From: an uncultured bacterium
Lineage (GTDB): Bacteria > Omnitrophota > Omnitrophia > Omnitrophales > Aquincolibacteriaceae
Reading direction: 5' to 3'
NCBI GenBank assembly: GCA_964482725.1
Contig: CAYZYT010000008.1
Span: 3,255 to 67,254, forward strand
Length of the DNA: 64,000 nucleotides
Part shown: positions 46,103 through 54,530 of the stretch, piece after piece
Numbering within the stretch: the stretch's first letter is position 1
Layout of the letters: each line of letters begins with the position of its first letter
Position numbers and translations under genes: made by a program
The notes under the pieces: generated by a model
Seen by the model: the letters and a program-made list of their open reading frames with translations, nothing else
The model's database searches: none
What the model was told of the DNA's origin: nothing

Positions 46103-46468
46103 ATGACAAAGAAGATCTTGTTTGTGGATGATGAGCCGGACCTTCTAAGGGTTTCGTCGATCCGGCTCAAGAAAACAGGCTATGAGGTTTTTGAGGCGAT
46201 CGACGGTCAAACGGCCCTGGAACAGGCGCGCTCAAAAATGCCCGATCTGATCGTGCTCGATGTCTTTCTTCCGGTGATGAATGGCGATGAGGTTGCCAAG
46301 ATATTGAAAAGGGATGAGAAGCTGAAAAGCATTCCTATCATTCTGATCTCGGCCGATGCCAAGACTCTTGAGGAAAGAGCCAAGACGAGTGGTGCTGACG
46401 ACTATCTTGCCAAGGTATTTGATTCAGGAGCCTTGGTTTCCATGGTGAAAAAGTACGCCCCCCTTTGA
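46103..46468 (+). CDS. single-domain response regulator (receiver only)
   Basis: MTKKILFVDDEPDLL...DLIVLDVFLP. Paralog of the RR at 24218-24580. Confidence 0.85.
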   Translation: MTKKILFVDDEPDLLRVSSIRLKKTGYEVFEAIDGQTALEQARSKMPDLIVLDVFLPVMNGDEVAKILKRDEKLKSIPIILISADAKTLEERAKTSGADDYLAKVFDSGALVSMVKKYAPL

Positions 46469-46567
46469 TCCCCTTGGACGTTGATTGACCCTGCCTGAAA
46501 ACTAACATATAATAACCGCCTGAAACGTCTTAAATCATTCTGCATCAAGGAATAAGGACTATTCTTC

Positions 46568-47965
46568 ATGAGCACATCGGATTACGGGCATAGGTTTCTT
46601 CCCAAGGATTCTCTGGAGGAGATTCGCGCGAACTTCAAAGAGGGGCGAAGGGTGCGCGTGGCAGGGCGTCTCATGACGCGCCGGGATATGGGGAAGAGCG
46701 CGTTCGCGGACCTGAAGGACGAAGGTGCTCGTATGCAGATCTACGCGAAGAAGGATATCCTGGGAGAAGAAAATTATAAGTTCTTCACGGGGCTGTCTCT
46801 TGGGGACATTATCGGGCTTGAAGGAGAACTTTTTAATTCCAAAACCGGAGAGCCTACGATCAAGGTTGAGAAATTCGAGCGGCTCTCCAAGATCGTTCGC
46901 ACGCTTCCCGAAAAATGGCATGGGTTGAAAGATGTCGAGACCCGTTATCGCCACCGCTATGTGGATCTGATCTCTAACGACGAAGTGCGCGCGACCTTCA
47001 AGGCGCGAAGCCGGATCATCCGCGAGATCCGCGCATTCCTGGACCAGAGGGATTTTATGGAAGTGGAGACGCCGATGATGCAACCTTTGGCCGGTGGCGC
47101 CCGGGCGAAACCTTTCGTGACGCACCACCACACGCTCCACACCGATCTTTTTCTTCGCGTGGCGCCGGAGCTTTACCTCAAGCGACTTCTTGTCGGCGGT
47201 TTTGAAAAAGTTTATGAGATTAATCGTAATTTCCGTAATGAGGGAATTTCTGTTCGCCATAATCCGGAATTTACGATGATGGAGCTTTATCAGTCGTATG
47301 CGGATTATGAAGATATGATGAATATTACAGAAGAACTGACGCATCACCTCGTGACGATGCTCTATGGAAAAGATGAGATCCCCTATGGCGACAAAACCTT
47401 GAACTTCAAGCGACCCTGGAAGCGTATTTCTTTTTATGGTGCGCTTGAAGCGGCGACGGGCATGGATTTCCGGAAGGTGGATGTGCGTGAAGCCGCGAAG
47501 AAGCTACACGTGGAGATCTCAGAAAAAATGGAAGATATCGATATCTTAAACGAGATCTTCGGTGAGAAGGTCGAGAAGGACTTCTGGGATCCTGTTTTTG
47601 TGATCGACTATCCCACGGTCATGACGCCTTTGGCAAAGGCCAAGACCGAAGATCCGGAACTCGTTTATCGCTTCGAACTCTTTGTGGCCAAGATGGAGAT
47701 CGCCAACGCTTTTTCGGAGCTGAACGATCCTACGATCCAGCGGGAGCGTCTTATGGAACAAAAAGAGCTTATCGGAGAGTCCAAAGAGGTCGATGAAGAT
47801 TTCTTGATGGCACTCGAGTATGGGATGCCGCCGGCAGGGGGCTTGGGGATCGGCATTGATCGCCTGGTCATGCTTCTGACGAATCAGGCGTCCATAAGGG
47901 ATGTGATCTTATTCCCTCAGCTCAAGCCGGAACGAAAGGCTGAAGAGGCTGAAAAGGCAGAATAG
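46568..47965 (+). CDS. lysS: lysyl-tRNA synthetase (class II)
   Basis: N-terminal OB anticodon-binding domain plus class II motifs (FMEVETPMMQ, GGLGIGIDRLVMLLT). Confidence 0.95.
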   Translation: MSTSDYGHRFLPKDSLEEIRANFKEGRRVRVAGRLMTRRDMGKSAFADLKDEGARMQIYAKKDILGEENYKFFTGLSLGDIIGLEGELFNSKTGEPTIKVEKFERLSKIVRTLPEKWHGLKDVETRYRHRYVDLISNDEVRATFKARSRIIREIRAFLDQRDFMEVETPMMQPLAGGARAKPFVTHHHTLHTDLFLRVAPELYLKRLLVGGFEKVYEINRNFRNEGISVRHNPEFTMMELYQSYADYEDMMNITEELTHHLVTMLYGKDEIPYGDKTLNFKRPWKRISFYGALEAATGMDFRKVDVREAAKKLHVEISEKMEDIDILNEIFGEKVEKDFWDPVFVIDYPTVMTPLAKAKTEDPELVYRFELFVAKMEIANAFSELNDPTIQRERLMEQKELIGESKEVDEDFLMALEYGMPPAGGLGIGIDRLVMLLTNQASIRDVILFPQLKPERKAEEAEKAE

Positions 47966-47973
47966 GCTAAAAA

Positions 47974-48063
47974 GGCAACGGTCACGAAGCCCGTATCGGT
48001 TAGGGCGACGGTGACGTGGCCGAATGACGAAACGGGCATCGTAACCGTGACCGAAAACGGTGG
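47974..48063 (+). ncRNA. candidate structured cis-regulatory RNA motif, copy A (5' leader of lolE)
   Basis: About 90 nt sharing GGCAACGGTNNCGAANNCCGTATCG...ACGRRACGGGCATCGTWACCG...CCGAA with 51087-51195. Helix CGGTCACG/CGTGACCG here versus CGGTTGCG/CGCAGCCG in copy B (compensatory changes). Second helix GCCCGT/ACGGGC. Confidence 0.45.
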
Positions 48064-48082
48064 TACAAAGGGAGCATCTCTC

Positions 48083-49390
48083 ATGGGATTTGAAACTTTT
48101 ATTGCTGGAAGACATCTGACGCGGCGTCGCAAAACCGGGTTCATTTCACTCATCTCTATGATCTCAGTGGGTGGCGTGGCGATCGGAGTGATGGCCCTGA
48201 TCGTCGTGCTTGCGGTGATGAGCGGTTTTGACCGTGAGTTGAAAAATAAGATCGTAGGTGTTCAGCCGCATCTGAGGATCGAAAAGGTAGATGGGATCGA
48301 GGATGCGGAGCGTGATCTTGCCTCGATCCGCCGGCATAACATCCCCGGGCTTGTTTCCGCGTCAAGGTTTATCGAAGGACAAGCGATCCTTCGCAGCACC
48401 AAGAACGCCACAGGGGTCGTGGTCAAGGGGATCGATCCCCAAACCGAAGACCTTAGTATCTTTGAAAAGAATATGGTTTCCGGGACTTTGAATTTCAAGG
48501 ATTCCGTTCAGGTGGAGCGCAAACGGTTTCTTTTGTTTTTCAAACACAAGATCGAGACGATTCGCGGCAGCGTTTTTATTGGGGAGAATTTGGCGGCTTC
48601 TCTGGGCGCCCAAGTGGGGGATGTGATCTACATGATCACGCCGATCCCGGAGCCTGAGAATCCGTTCGTGCCGCTTCCGATGCACGTCCGGACGTGGCCC
48701 TTCCTGGTGCGCGGGATCTATCGCGTGGGGATGAACGATTTTGACACATCCCTCGCACTCGTGACGATCGATCAGGCGCAGAAGGTCTATCAAATGGGGT
48801 CCAAAGTTTCCGGGATCAGTATGCGCTTTAAGAATGTGGATGATGCTGAGAAATGGAAATGGGTGATCGCCGGGGATTTTTCGAATCAATATTATTTCCG
48901 TTCCTGGTATGACATGAACCAGAATTTCTTTCAAGCGCTCAAGGTCGAAAAAAGCGTGATGACGATCCTTTTGGCGCTGATCATCCTGGTGGCGTCGTTC
49001 AATATCATTTCGACCCTGACCATGGTCGTGATGGAAAAGACCAAAGATATCGGGATCCTGCGGGCGCTGGGCGCGACACGCATGAGTATTCGCAAGATCT
49101 TTGTAATGGAGGGGTTCAGCATCGGATTTCTTGGAATAGTGCTAGGGGCGGTGGCGGGGCTTGCGCTTGCGTACAATCTGAATCCCGTCGCGGATTTCCT
49201 GAAAAAAACCACAGGCCTTGATGTGTTCCCCAGTGATATTTATCTTTTTGATAAGATTCCGTCCGAAGTCCATATGCCGGATGTTGTGACCATCGTCGGG
49301 TTTGCGCTGGTGGTGGCGGTGGTGGCCGGTTTTTACCCCGCGCATCGGGCGGCGAACCTGAATCCTGTGGAGGCGCTCCGCTATGAGTAA
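48083..49390 (+). CDS. lolE: lipoprotein-releasing system permease (LolC/LolE, FtsX-MacB fold)
   Basis: N-terminal TM, periplasmic domain and 3 C-terminal TMs, ending ...[19 protein letters not shown]. Confidence 0.85.
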   Translation: MGFETFIAGRHLTRRRKTGFISLISMISVGGVAIGVMALIVVLAVMSGFDRELKNKIVGVQPHLRIEKVDGIEDAERDLASIRRHNIPGLVSASRFIEGQAILRSTKNATGVVVKGIDPQTEDLSIFEKNMVSGTLNFKDSVQVERKRFLLFFKHKIETIRGSVFIGENLAASLGAQVGDVIYMITPIPEPENPFVPLPMHVRTWPFLVRGIYRVGMNDFDTSLALVTIDQAQKVYQMGSKVSGISMRFKNVDDAEKWKWVIAGDFSNQYYFRSWYDMNQNFFQALKVEKSVMTILLALIILVASFNIISTLTMVVMEKTKDIGILRALGATRMSIRKIFVMEGFSIGFLGIVLGAVAGLALAYNLNPVADFLKKTTGLDVFPSDIYLFDKIPSEVHMPDVVTIVGFALVVAVVAGFYPAHRAANLNPVEALRYE

Positions 49391-50117
49391 TGTTGTCGAA
49401 GCTCCGCTTCTTAGCGCGTTCGATGTTCGGAAGGAATATGAAACACCCGCCGGGACCCTGGAGATCTTACGGTCGGTCCAGCTGATCGTCCGCAAGGGGG
49501 AAATGGTCTTTATCACGGGGAAGTCCGGCTGCGGGAAATCAACACTGCTTCATATCCTGGGCGGCCTGGACCGGGCAACGGACGGGAAGATCTTTTTTGA
49601 GGGTAAGGACATGGTCGAGATGTCGGAGAAGGAACTGGCGCGTTTACGCAGCCATCAGGTGGGCTTCGTATTTCAGTTCTATCATTTACTCCCGGAATTG
49701 ACCGCTTATGAAAATGTGCTTCTGCCGACCCTGATCGCGGGAAAGGCCAACAAGCCCTGGGTCAAAGAAGTGCTGAAGCGCGTGCGTCTTTGGAACCGGA
49801 GAACTCATTATCCGTCCGAGCTTTCCGGCGGAGAGCAGCAGCGTGTGGCGATCGCGCGAGCGCTTGTGAACCATCCGGCCGTGGTGCTTTGTGATGAGCC
49901 CACCGGGAATCTGGATCCTGAGACCGCGGGTTCGGTGATGACTCTCTTGAACGAACTGAATCAACAGGAAGGTCAGGCGTTCTTGGTCGTGACGCATGAT
50001 GAGGAAATGGCGTCGCGTTATGCGCGCTCGTACCGTTTGCAAGACGGAGTTCTTTTGCCCGGGCAGTCGAAGGTCCCGGCTCCGGAGACGATCATTAACC
50101 ATAAACCGGTTTTATAA
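49383..50117 (+). CDS. lolD: lipoprotein-releasing system ATP-binding protein
   Basis: Walker [10 protein letters not shown], signature [15 protein letters not shown], and Walker [11 protein letters not shown]. Confidence 0.9.
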   Translation: MSNVVEAPLLSAFDVRKEYETPAGTLEILRSVQLIVRKGEMVFITGKSGCGKSTLLHILGGLDRATDGKIFFEGKDMVEMSEKELARLRSHQVGFVFQFYHLLPELTAYENVLLPTLIAGKANKPWVKEVLKRVRLWNRRTHYPSELSGGEQQRVAIARALVNHPAVVLCDEPTGNLDPETAGSVMTLLNELNQQEGQAFLVVTHDEEMASRYARSYRLQDGVLLPGQSKVPAPETIINHKPVL

Positions 50118-51046
50118 TGGCAAGAACTCAGGAGAAAAAAATGGAACTGCAGATCTATCTTGATGGCAAATGGTATCCGAAAAGTGAAGCCAAGATCTCG
50201 ATCTTTGATCACGGACTTTTGTATGGCGATGGTGTCTTTGAAGGGATCCGCGCGTACAGCGGCTTGGTCTTCAAATTGGACGAACATCTGAAACGTCTTT
50301 GGGAATCGGCGCATACCCTGATGCTCACGATCCCCATGGATGTGAAGGCGATGAAAGCGGCTATCATCGAAACCCTCAAAAGAAACAAGCTGACGGATGC
50401 TTATATTCGTGTGGTGGTGACGCGTGGAGTGGGGGATCTGGGTCTTTCGCCCTGGCTTTGCAAAAAAGCCACAGTGTTCATTATTACGGACAAGATCACG
50501 CTCTACCCCAAGAGCCTTTATCAAAAGGGTCTGGAGATCATTACGGTTCCGACGGTGCGGAATCTTCCGGAGGCCGTCAATCCTTCGATCAAGAGTCTGA
50601 ACTATCTTAACAATATCATGGCGAAGATCGAAGCCAAGAACGGCGGATGCATGGAAGCGCTCATGCTCAATCATCAAGGGTATGTGGCGGAATGTACCGG
50701 TGATAACGTGTTTATGATCAAGAAGACCGGCAAGGGTCAGACGGTGAAAGATTATATCCTGCTCACGCCGCCCACTTATCTGGGGGCTCTCAAGGGCATC
50801 ACCCGCCAAGCGATCATCGAGATCGCGGAAACGATCAAGCTGCCTTTTGAGGAGCGCATCATCACCCGCCACGACCTTTTTAATGCGAACGAGGTCTTTC
50901 TGACCGGCACGGCGGCGGAAGTCATCCCCGTCGTGAAGATCGATGGCCGCGGGATTGGCGAGGGGAGCCCCGGGAAGATCACGAACCTGCTTCTCAAGAA
51001 TTTTCAGGCTCTGACCCACAAGGATGGCGTGAGATATACCCTCTAA
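50117..51046 (+). CDS. ilvE: branched-chain-amino-acid aminotransferase (fold-type IV PLP)
   Basis: KISIFDHGLLYGDGVFEGIRAY and class IV aminotransferase pattern. Confidence 0.85.
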   Translation: MARTQEKKMELQIYLDGKWYPKSEAKISIFDHGLLYGDGVFEGIRAYSGLVFKLDEHLKRLWESAHTLMLTIPMDVKAMKAAIIETLKRNKLTDAYIRVVVTRGVGDLGLSPWLCKKATVFIITDKITLYPKSLYQKGLEIITVPTVRNLPEAVNPSIKSLNYLNNIMAKIEAKNGGCMEALMLNHQGYVAECTGDNVFMIKKTGKGQTVKDYILLTPPTYLGALKGITRQAIIEIAETIKLPFEERIITRHDLFNANEVFLTGTAAEVIPVVKIDGRGIGEGSPGKITNLLLKNFQALTHKDGVRYTL

Positions 51047-51086
51047 AGCAATCTGAAATTCGAAACAATCCATAAAATTCAGTAAT

Positions 51087-51195
51087 GGCAACGGTTGCGA
51101 AATCCGTATCGATAGGTGATGGTAACGTCCAGACAATGGACGAAGGCCGTAACCGTAAGACGAGACGGGCATCGTTACCGCAGCCGAACGACAGG
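51087..51195 (+). ncRNA. candidate structured cis-regulatory RNA motif, copy B (5' leader of mcsA)
   Basis: See copy A. Contains an extra internal hairpin GTCCA-GACAA-TGGAC. Confidence 0.45.
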
Positions 51196-51203
51196 ATTTC
51201 AAG

Positions 51204-51725
51204 GTGATCTGTAACGTCTGCGGGACCAAAGAGGCGACCATCCATCTGACCGAGATCGTCAACGGCAAGATGGCCGAGGTCCATATCTGCGAAGCCTGTG
51301 CCGAAGAAAAAGGGACGGAGTTCAAGACCTATTTTAATTTCGGGGATCTTCTCTCGGGCGCGACGGGCCTTGAAAAGGCTCTGGGGGCCTCTGGCAAGAA
51401 AACGCCTCTTGTGTGCAAGGATTGCGGCATGAATTATGAGGATTTTGCGAAGAACGGGCGCCTCGGTTGCGCGGGATGCTATGTCTCTTTCCAAAAACCG
51501 CTTGCGACCGTGATCAAATCTGTCCAGCGCTCGGGCTCTCATGTCGGTAAAAAACCTTCCCGTATCCCCAAGGAAACGCGCAGCGTTCATGATCTTCGCC
51601 AGCTCCAAGAAAAACTTCGCAAGAGCATTCAAGAGGAAGCTTTCGAGGAAGCGGCGCACTTGCGGGATGAGATCAAACAGGCTTTGGACAAGCTGAAAAA
51701 AACAAAGAGGCCGAAAAATGGGTGA
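51204..51725 (+). CDS. mcsA: McsA-like zinc-finger/UVR-domain activator of protein arginine kinase
   Basis: MICNVCGTKEATIHLTEIVNGKMAEVHICEACA closely parallels the B. subtilis McsA N-terminus. Four CxxC pairs and a C-terminal UVR-like helix. GTG start. Confidence 0.8.
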   Translation: MICNVCGTKEATIHLTEIVNGKMAEVHICEACAEEKGTEFKTYFNFGDLLSGATGLEKALGASGKKTPLVCKDCGMNYEDFAKNGRLGCAGCYVSFQKPLATVIKSVQRSGSHVGKKPSRIPKETRSVHDLRQLQEKLRKSIQEEAFEEAAHLRDEIKQALDKLKKTKRPKNG

Positions 51726-52782
51726 GATCGACCGTTTTATCGACCAGCCGGTGAATTGGCTCCGGGCGACCGGTCCCGAGAGCGATGTGGTCATCAGTTC
51801 GCGTCTGCGCATGGCGCGTAACCTTGCGACGTATCCTTTTTTGAGCCGCCTTGCGCCTGCCCAGCGGGATGCGATCATCCAAGAGGTTGGGGAAGCGGTC
51901 AAGAACTCGAATTTTCTTAAAAGTGCTTATTTTATAGCGTCGACGGAACTTCCTGAACTCGACCGACAATTCCTTCTAGAACGCCATCTGGTCAGCCGGG
52001 AACTTTTTCTCGAGGAAGGCAAGAGCGCGGTGGTGATCACCCCGGATGAAATGGTGAGTTTGATGGTGATCGAAGAAGACCATTTGCGGCTTCAAGTGTT
52101 CCAGTCAGGCCTCAATCTCGTCGAGACCTGGCGCATTGCCGATGAGATCGACAGTGAACTTGAAAAGGACCTGGATTACGCGTTTGACGGGACGCTGGGG
52201 TATCTGACGGCGTGTCCCACGAATGTCGGGACGGGCATCCGGGCCTCGTGCATGTTGCATCTCCCGAGTCTTGTGCTGACCAAGCAGGTCCACAAAGTCT
52301 TGCAGGCGCTTTCCAAGCTTAACCTTGCGGTGCGCGGACTTTACGGCGAAGGGACCCAGGCGAGCGGGAATTTTTTCCAATTTTCCAATCAGATCACTTT
52401 GGGCCAGCCGGAAGAGGAGATCATCTCGAACCTTGAGGGAGTGATCCGGCAGGTGATCACGCATGAACGTGAGGCTCGGGAGTATCTGAAGAAAAAACGT
52501 AAAGCCAAGATGGAAGATCAGATCTGGCGCGCTCTGGCGGCACTCAAGGCCGCGCGCATGATGTCTTCTTCAGAGGCCGTCCAGCTTTTGTCGCTTGTCC
52601 AGGTGGGGATCGATGTCGGGGTTCTGGAAGGACAAGTGACCCATACCGATCTGAATCAGCTGTTCCTTTTGATCCAGCCGGCGCATCTCCAGAAGATGAC
52701 CGGCAAGGAGCTCAGCACGACGGAGCGTGATGCCCGCCGCGCCTTGCGTATTCGCGATTATTTTTCAAAGGTCATCCTTTAA
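51718..52782 (+). CDS. mcsB: protein arginine kinase (ATP:guanido phosphotransferase)
   Basis: Phosphagen-kinase signature CPTNVGTGIRASCMLHLPSL. Confidence 0.9.
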   Translation: MGEIDRFIDQPVNWLRATGPESDVVISSRLRMARNLATYPFLSRLAPAQRDAIIQEVGEAVKNSNFLKSAYFIASTELPELDRQFLLERHLVSRELFLEEGKSAVVITPDEMVSLMVIEEDHLRLQVFQSGLNLVETWRIADEIDSELEKDLDYAFDGTLGYLTACPTNVGTGIRASCMLHLPSLVLTKQVHKVLQALSKLNLAVRGLYGEGTQASGNFFQFSNQITLGQPEEEIISNLEGVIRQVITHEREAREYLKKKRKAKMEDQIWRALAALKAARMMSSSEAVQLLSLVQVGIDVGVLEGQVTHTDLNQLFLLIQPAHLQKMTGKELSTTERDARRALRIRDYFSKVIL

Positions 52783-52795
52783 CGGAGGAAAGAAC

Positions 52796-54490
52796 ATGAA
52801 AAAAATATTTTGGGTCATCAGTTTTATGCTTTTGGCGAGCAGCCCGATTTTTGCTTCAGATGTCAAGGCCCTCTCTCATATCAGCGAAGTGACGGTCTAT
52901 GCCTCAAGCGCTTTTGTGACCCGGTCTGCCCCGGTGGAATTGAAGACGGGGGACACGAAGGTGACTTTTTCCGATATTCTTCCTGAAATCGATGAAGATT
53001 CGATAAGGGTTAAAGGCAAGGGGACCGCGGAAGTTAAGATCCTTGGAGCTCAAATGAAACGGGAGTATACCGAAGACGCTCCTGTGGCGCGGGTCGAGCA
53101 GCTGGAGGCAGAGATCCAGGCGATCGGGGACCAGAATGCAAGATCGGAAAATGAAAAAAGAGTCCTTGCGGAAGAAAAGCAATATTTGGATTCGATCCGG
53201 CTCTTCGCCAATCAGAAGATCCCTGAAGAGCTTGTGACTAAGATGCCGTCCGCTCAGGATCTGGAGGCGACGCTTGTTTTTCTGGACACGAAATTGAAGG
53301 CGAATTTCGCGCGCGTTCAGGAACTTGATATCGCCGTTCGCGAAAGCCAAAAAAAGCTGGAGGTGTTGCGCCGCGAGCTTGGGGAGATCTCGGGGGCGGG
53401 CCGTAAGCTCAAGCGTTCGGTCGTCGTGGAGATCGAAGTTGTGAAAGACGGATCTCTCATGCTGGATCTTTCCTATAGTGTGAATGGCGCCTCCTGGAAT
53501 GCGGTCTATGATGCGCGTGCCGATTTTGAAAAGTCCGAAGTCGAATTGGTTTCCTACGCGGTCGTGCGCCAGAATTCCGGGGAGAGCTGGGAGGATGTGG
53601 ACATGACGCTTTCCACGGCTCAGGTGACTTCCGGCGGGAATATGCCGGAGGCGAATTCCTGGTTCATTCGTCCTGAACAGCCACGGATGGCGATGCAGAT
53701 GGCCGCAGGGCCCAGGGCTGCTAAACGGGCCGAAATGCGTATGAGGGAGATGAATGATTCTCTCGGGGGGGGGCCGGCCGATGGGGTGATGATGCAGGCG
53801 GCGGCTCCAACGATGATGGTGGCGGAGAATGCCTATGCTCAGGCGGAGGCGAAGGGCGTTTCCGTGGCTTACAAACTATCCCGTAAAGCGACGGTCAAGA
53901 CCGATGGCTCGGATTATAAACTTCCGATCACATCGCAAGCGCTGGCGTCGAGTTTTGAGTATTCGGCTTATCCTCGCGTTGCCGCGATGGCGTATCTCAA
54001 GAGCCTTGTGACGAACGCCAAAGACCTGCAGCTATTGGGCGGGCGCGTGAATGTGTTCTTCGACGGGGATTTTGTCGGGACCTCCAGTTTTGAAAGCATC
54101 GCTCCGGGCCAGGAATTCGATCTCTATATGGGGGCGGATGAGAATGTGAAGGTCAAGCGCGAGCTCCTGGAGAAGAAATCCGATGACGTGTTCTTGGGCG
54201 GGATTCCTTCCCCCACAAAGAAAATGATTTATAAATACAAACTATCGGTCGAAAATTACAAGACAAAAGTCAGCAAGGTAAACCTCTTCGACGCGATCCC
54301 TGTTTCGGAGGACGAGCGTATCAAGGTGAAGGTTTCGGGGCTCAGCGTGGAGCCGAAACAAAAGGATTGGAAAGATCGCAAAGGGATCTGGCTTTGGGCG
54401 CTTGAACTGGAACCCAAGGGAAAGCAGGAGATCTTTTACACATGCACCGTGGAGTTTCCGCGCGACATGCGTGTCGAGGGGCTTGATTAA
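52796..54490 (+). CDS. secreted DUF4139/DUF4140-like protein inserted between mcsB and clpC
   Basis: Signal peptide MKKIFWVISFMLLASSPIFA. Long coiled-coil-prone middle region and a beta-rich C-terminus. ACGGAGGAAAG RBS. Family assignment is tentative. Confidence 0.5.
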   Translation: MKKIFWVISFMLLASSPIFASDVKALSHISEVTVYASSAFVTRSAPVELKTGDTKVTFSDILPEIDEDSIRVKGKGTAEVKILGAQMKREYTEDAPVARVEQLEAEIQAIGDQNARSENEKRVLAEEKQYLDSIRLFANQKIPEELVTKMPSAQDLEATLVFLDTKLKANFARVQELDIAVRESQKKLEVLRRELGEISGAGRKLKRSVVVEIEVVKDGSLMLDLSYSVNGASWNAVYDARADFEKSEVELVSYAVVRQNSGESWEDVDMTLSTAQVTSGGNMPEANSWFIRPEQPRMAMQMAAGPRAAKRAEMRMREMNDSLGGGPADGVMMQAAAPTMMVAENAYAQAEAKGVSVAYKLSRKATVKTDGSDYKLPITSQALASSFEYSAYPRVAAMAYLKSLVTNAKDLQLLGGRVNVFFDGDFVGTSSFESIAPGQEFDLYMGADENVKVKRELLEKKSDDVFLGGIPSPTKKMIYKYKLSVENYKTKVSKVNLFDAIPVSEDERIKVKVSGLSVEPKQKDWKDRKGIWLWALELEPKGKQEIFYTCTVEFPRDMRVEGLD

Positions 54491-54530
54491 ATAAACCATT
54501 CATTGTCATTGTTTTAATCCGGAGGTCACT

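Noticed and set aside
47974-48063. Motif A/B considered as a known riboswitch (c-di-GMP-I, fluoride/crcB, ZTP/pfl, ydaO/c-di-AMP, T-box)
   Set aside because: Only partial word similarities (GGCAA, GACGAAACGGGC, GGCGAYGG) to remembered consensus sequences. No convincing match of helices or conserved loops. Left as an unclassified candidate, pending an Rfam scan.
51087-51203. CtsR operator (A/GGTCAAA N3 A/GGTCAAA) or CIRCE element upstream of mcsA
   Set aside because: Neither the tandem heptad nor TTAGCACTC-N9-GAGTGCTAA is present. GGTCACG and GGTGACG words occur but with the wrong spacing.
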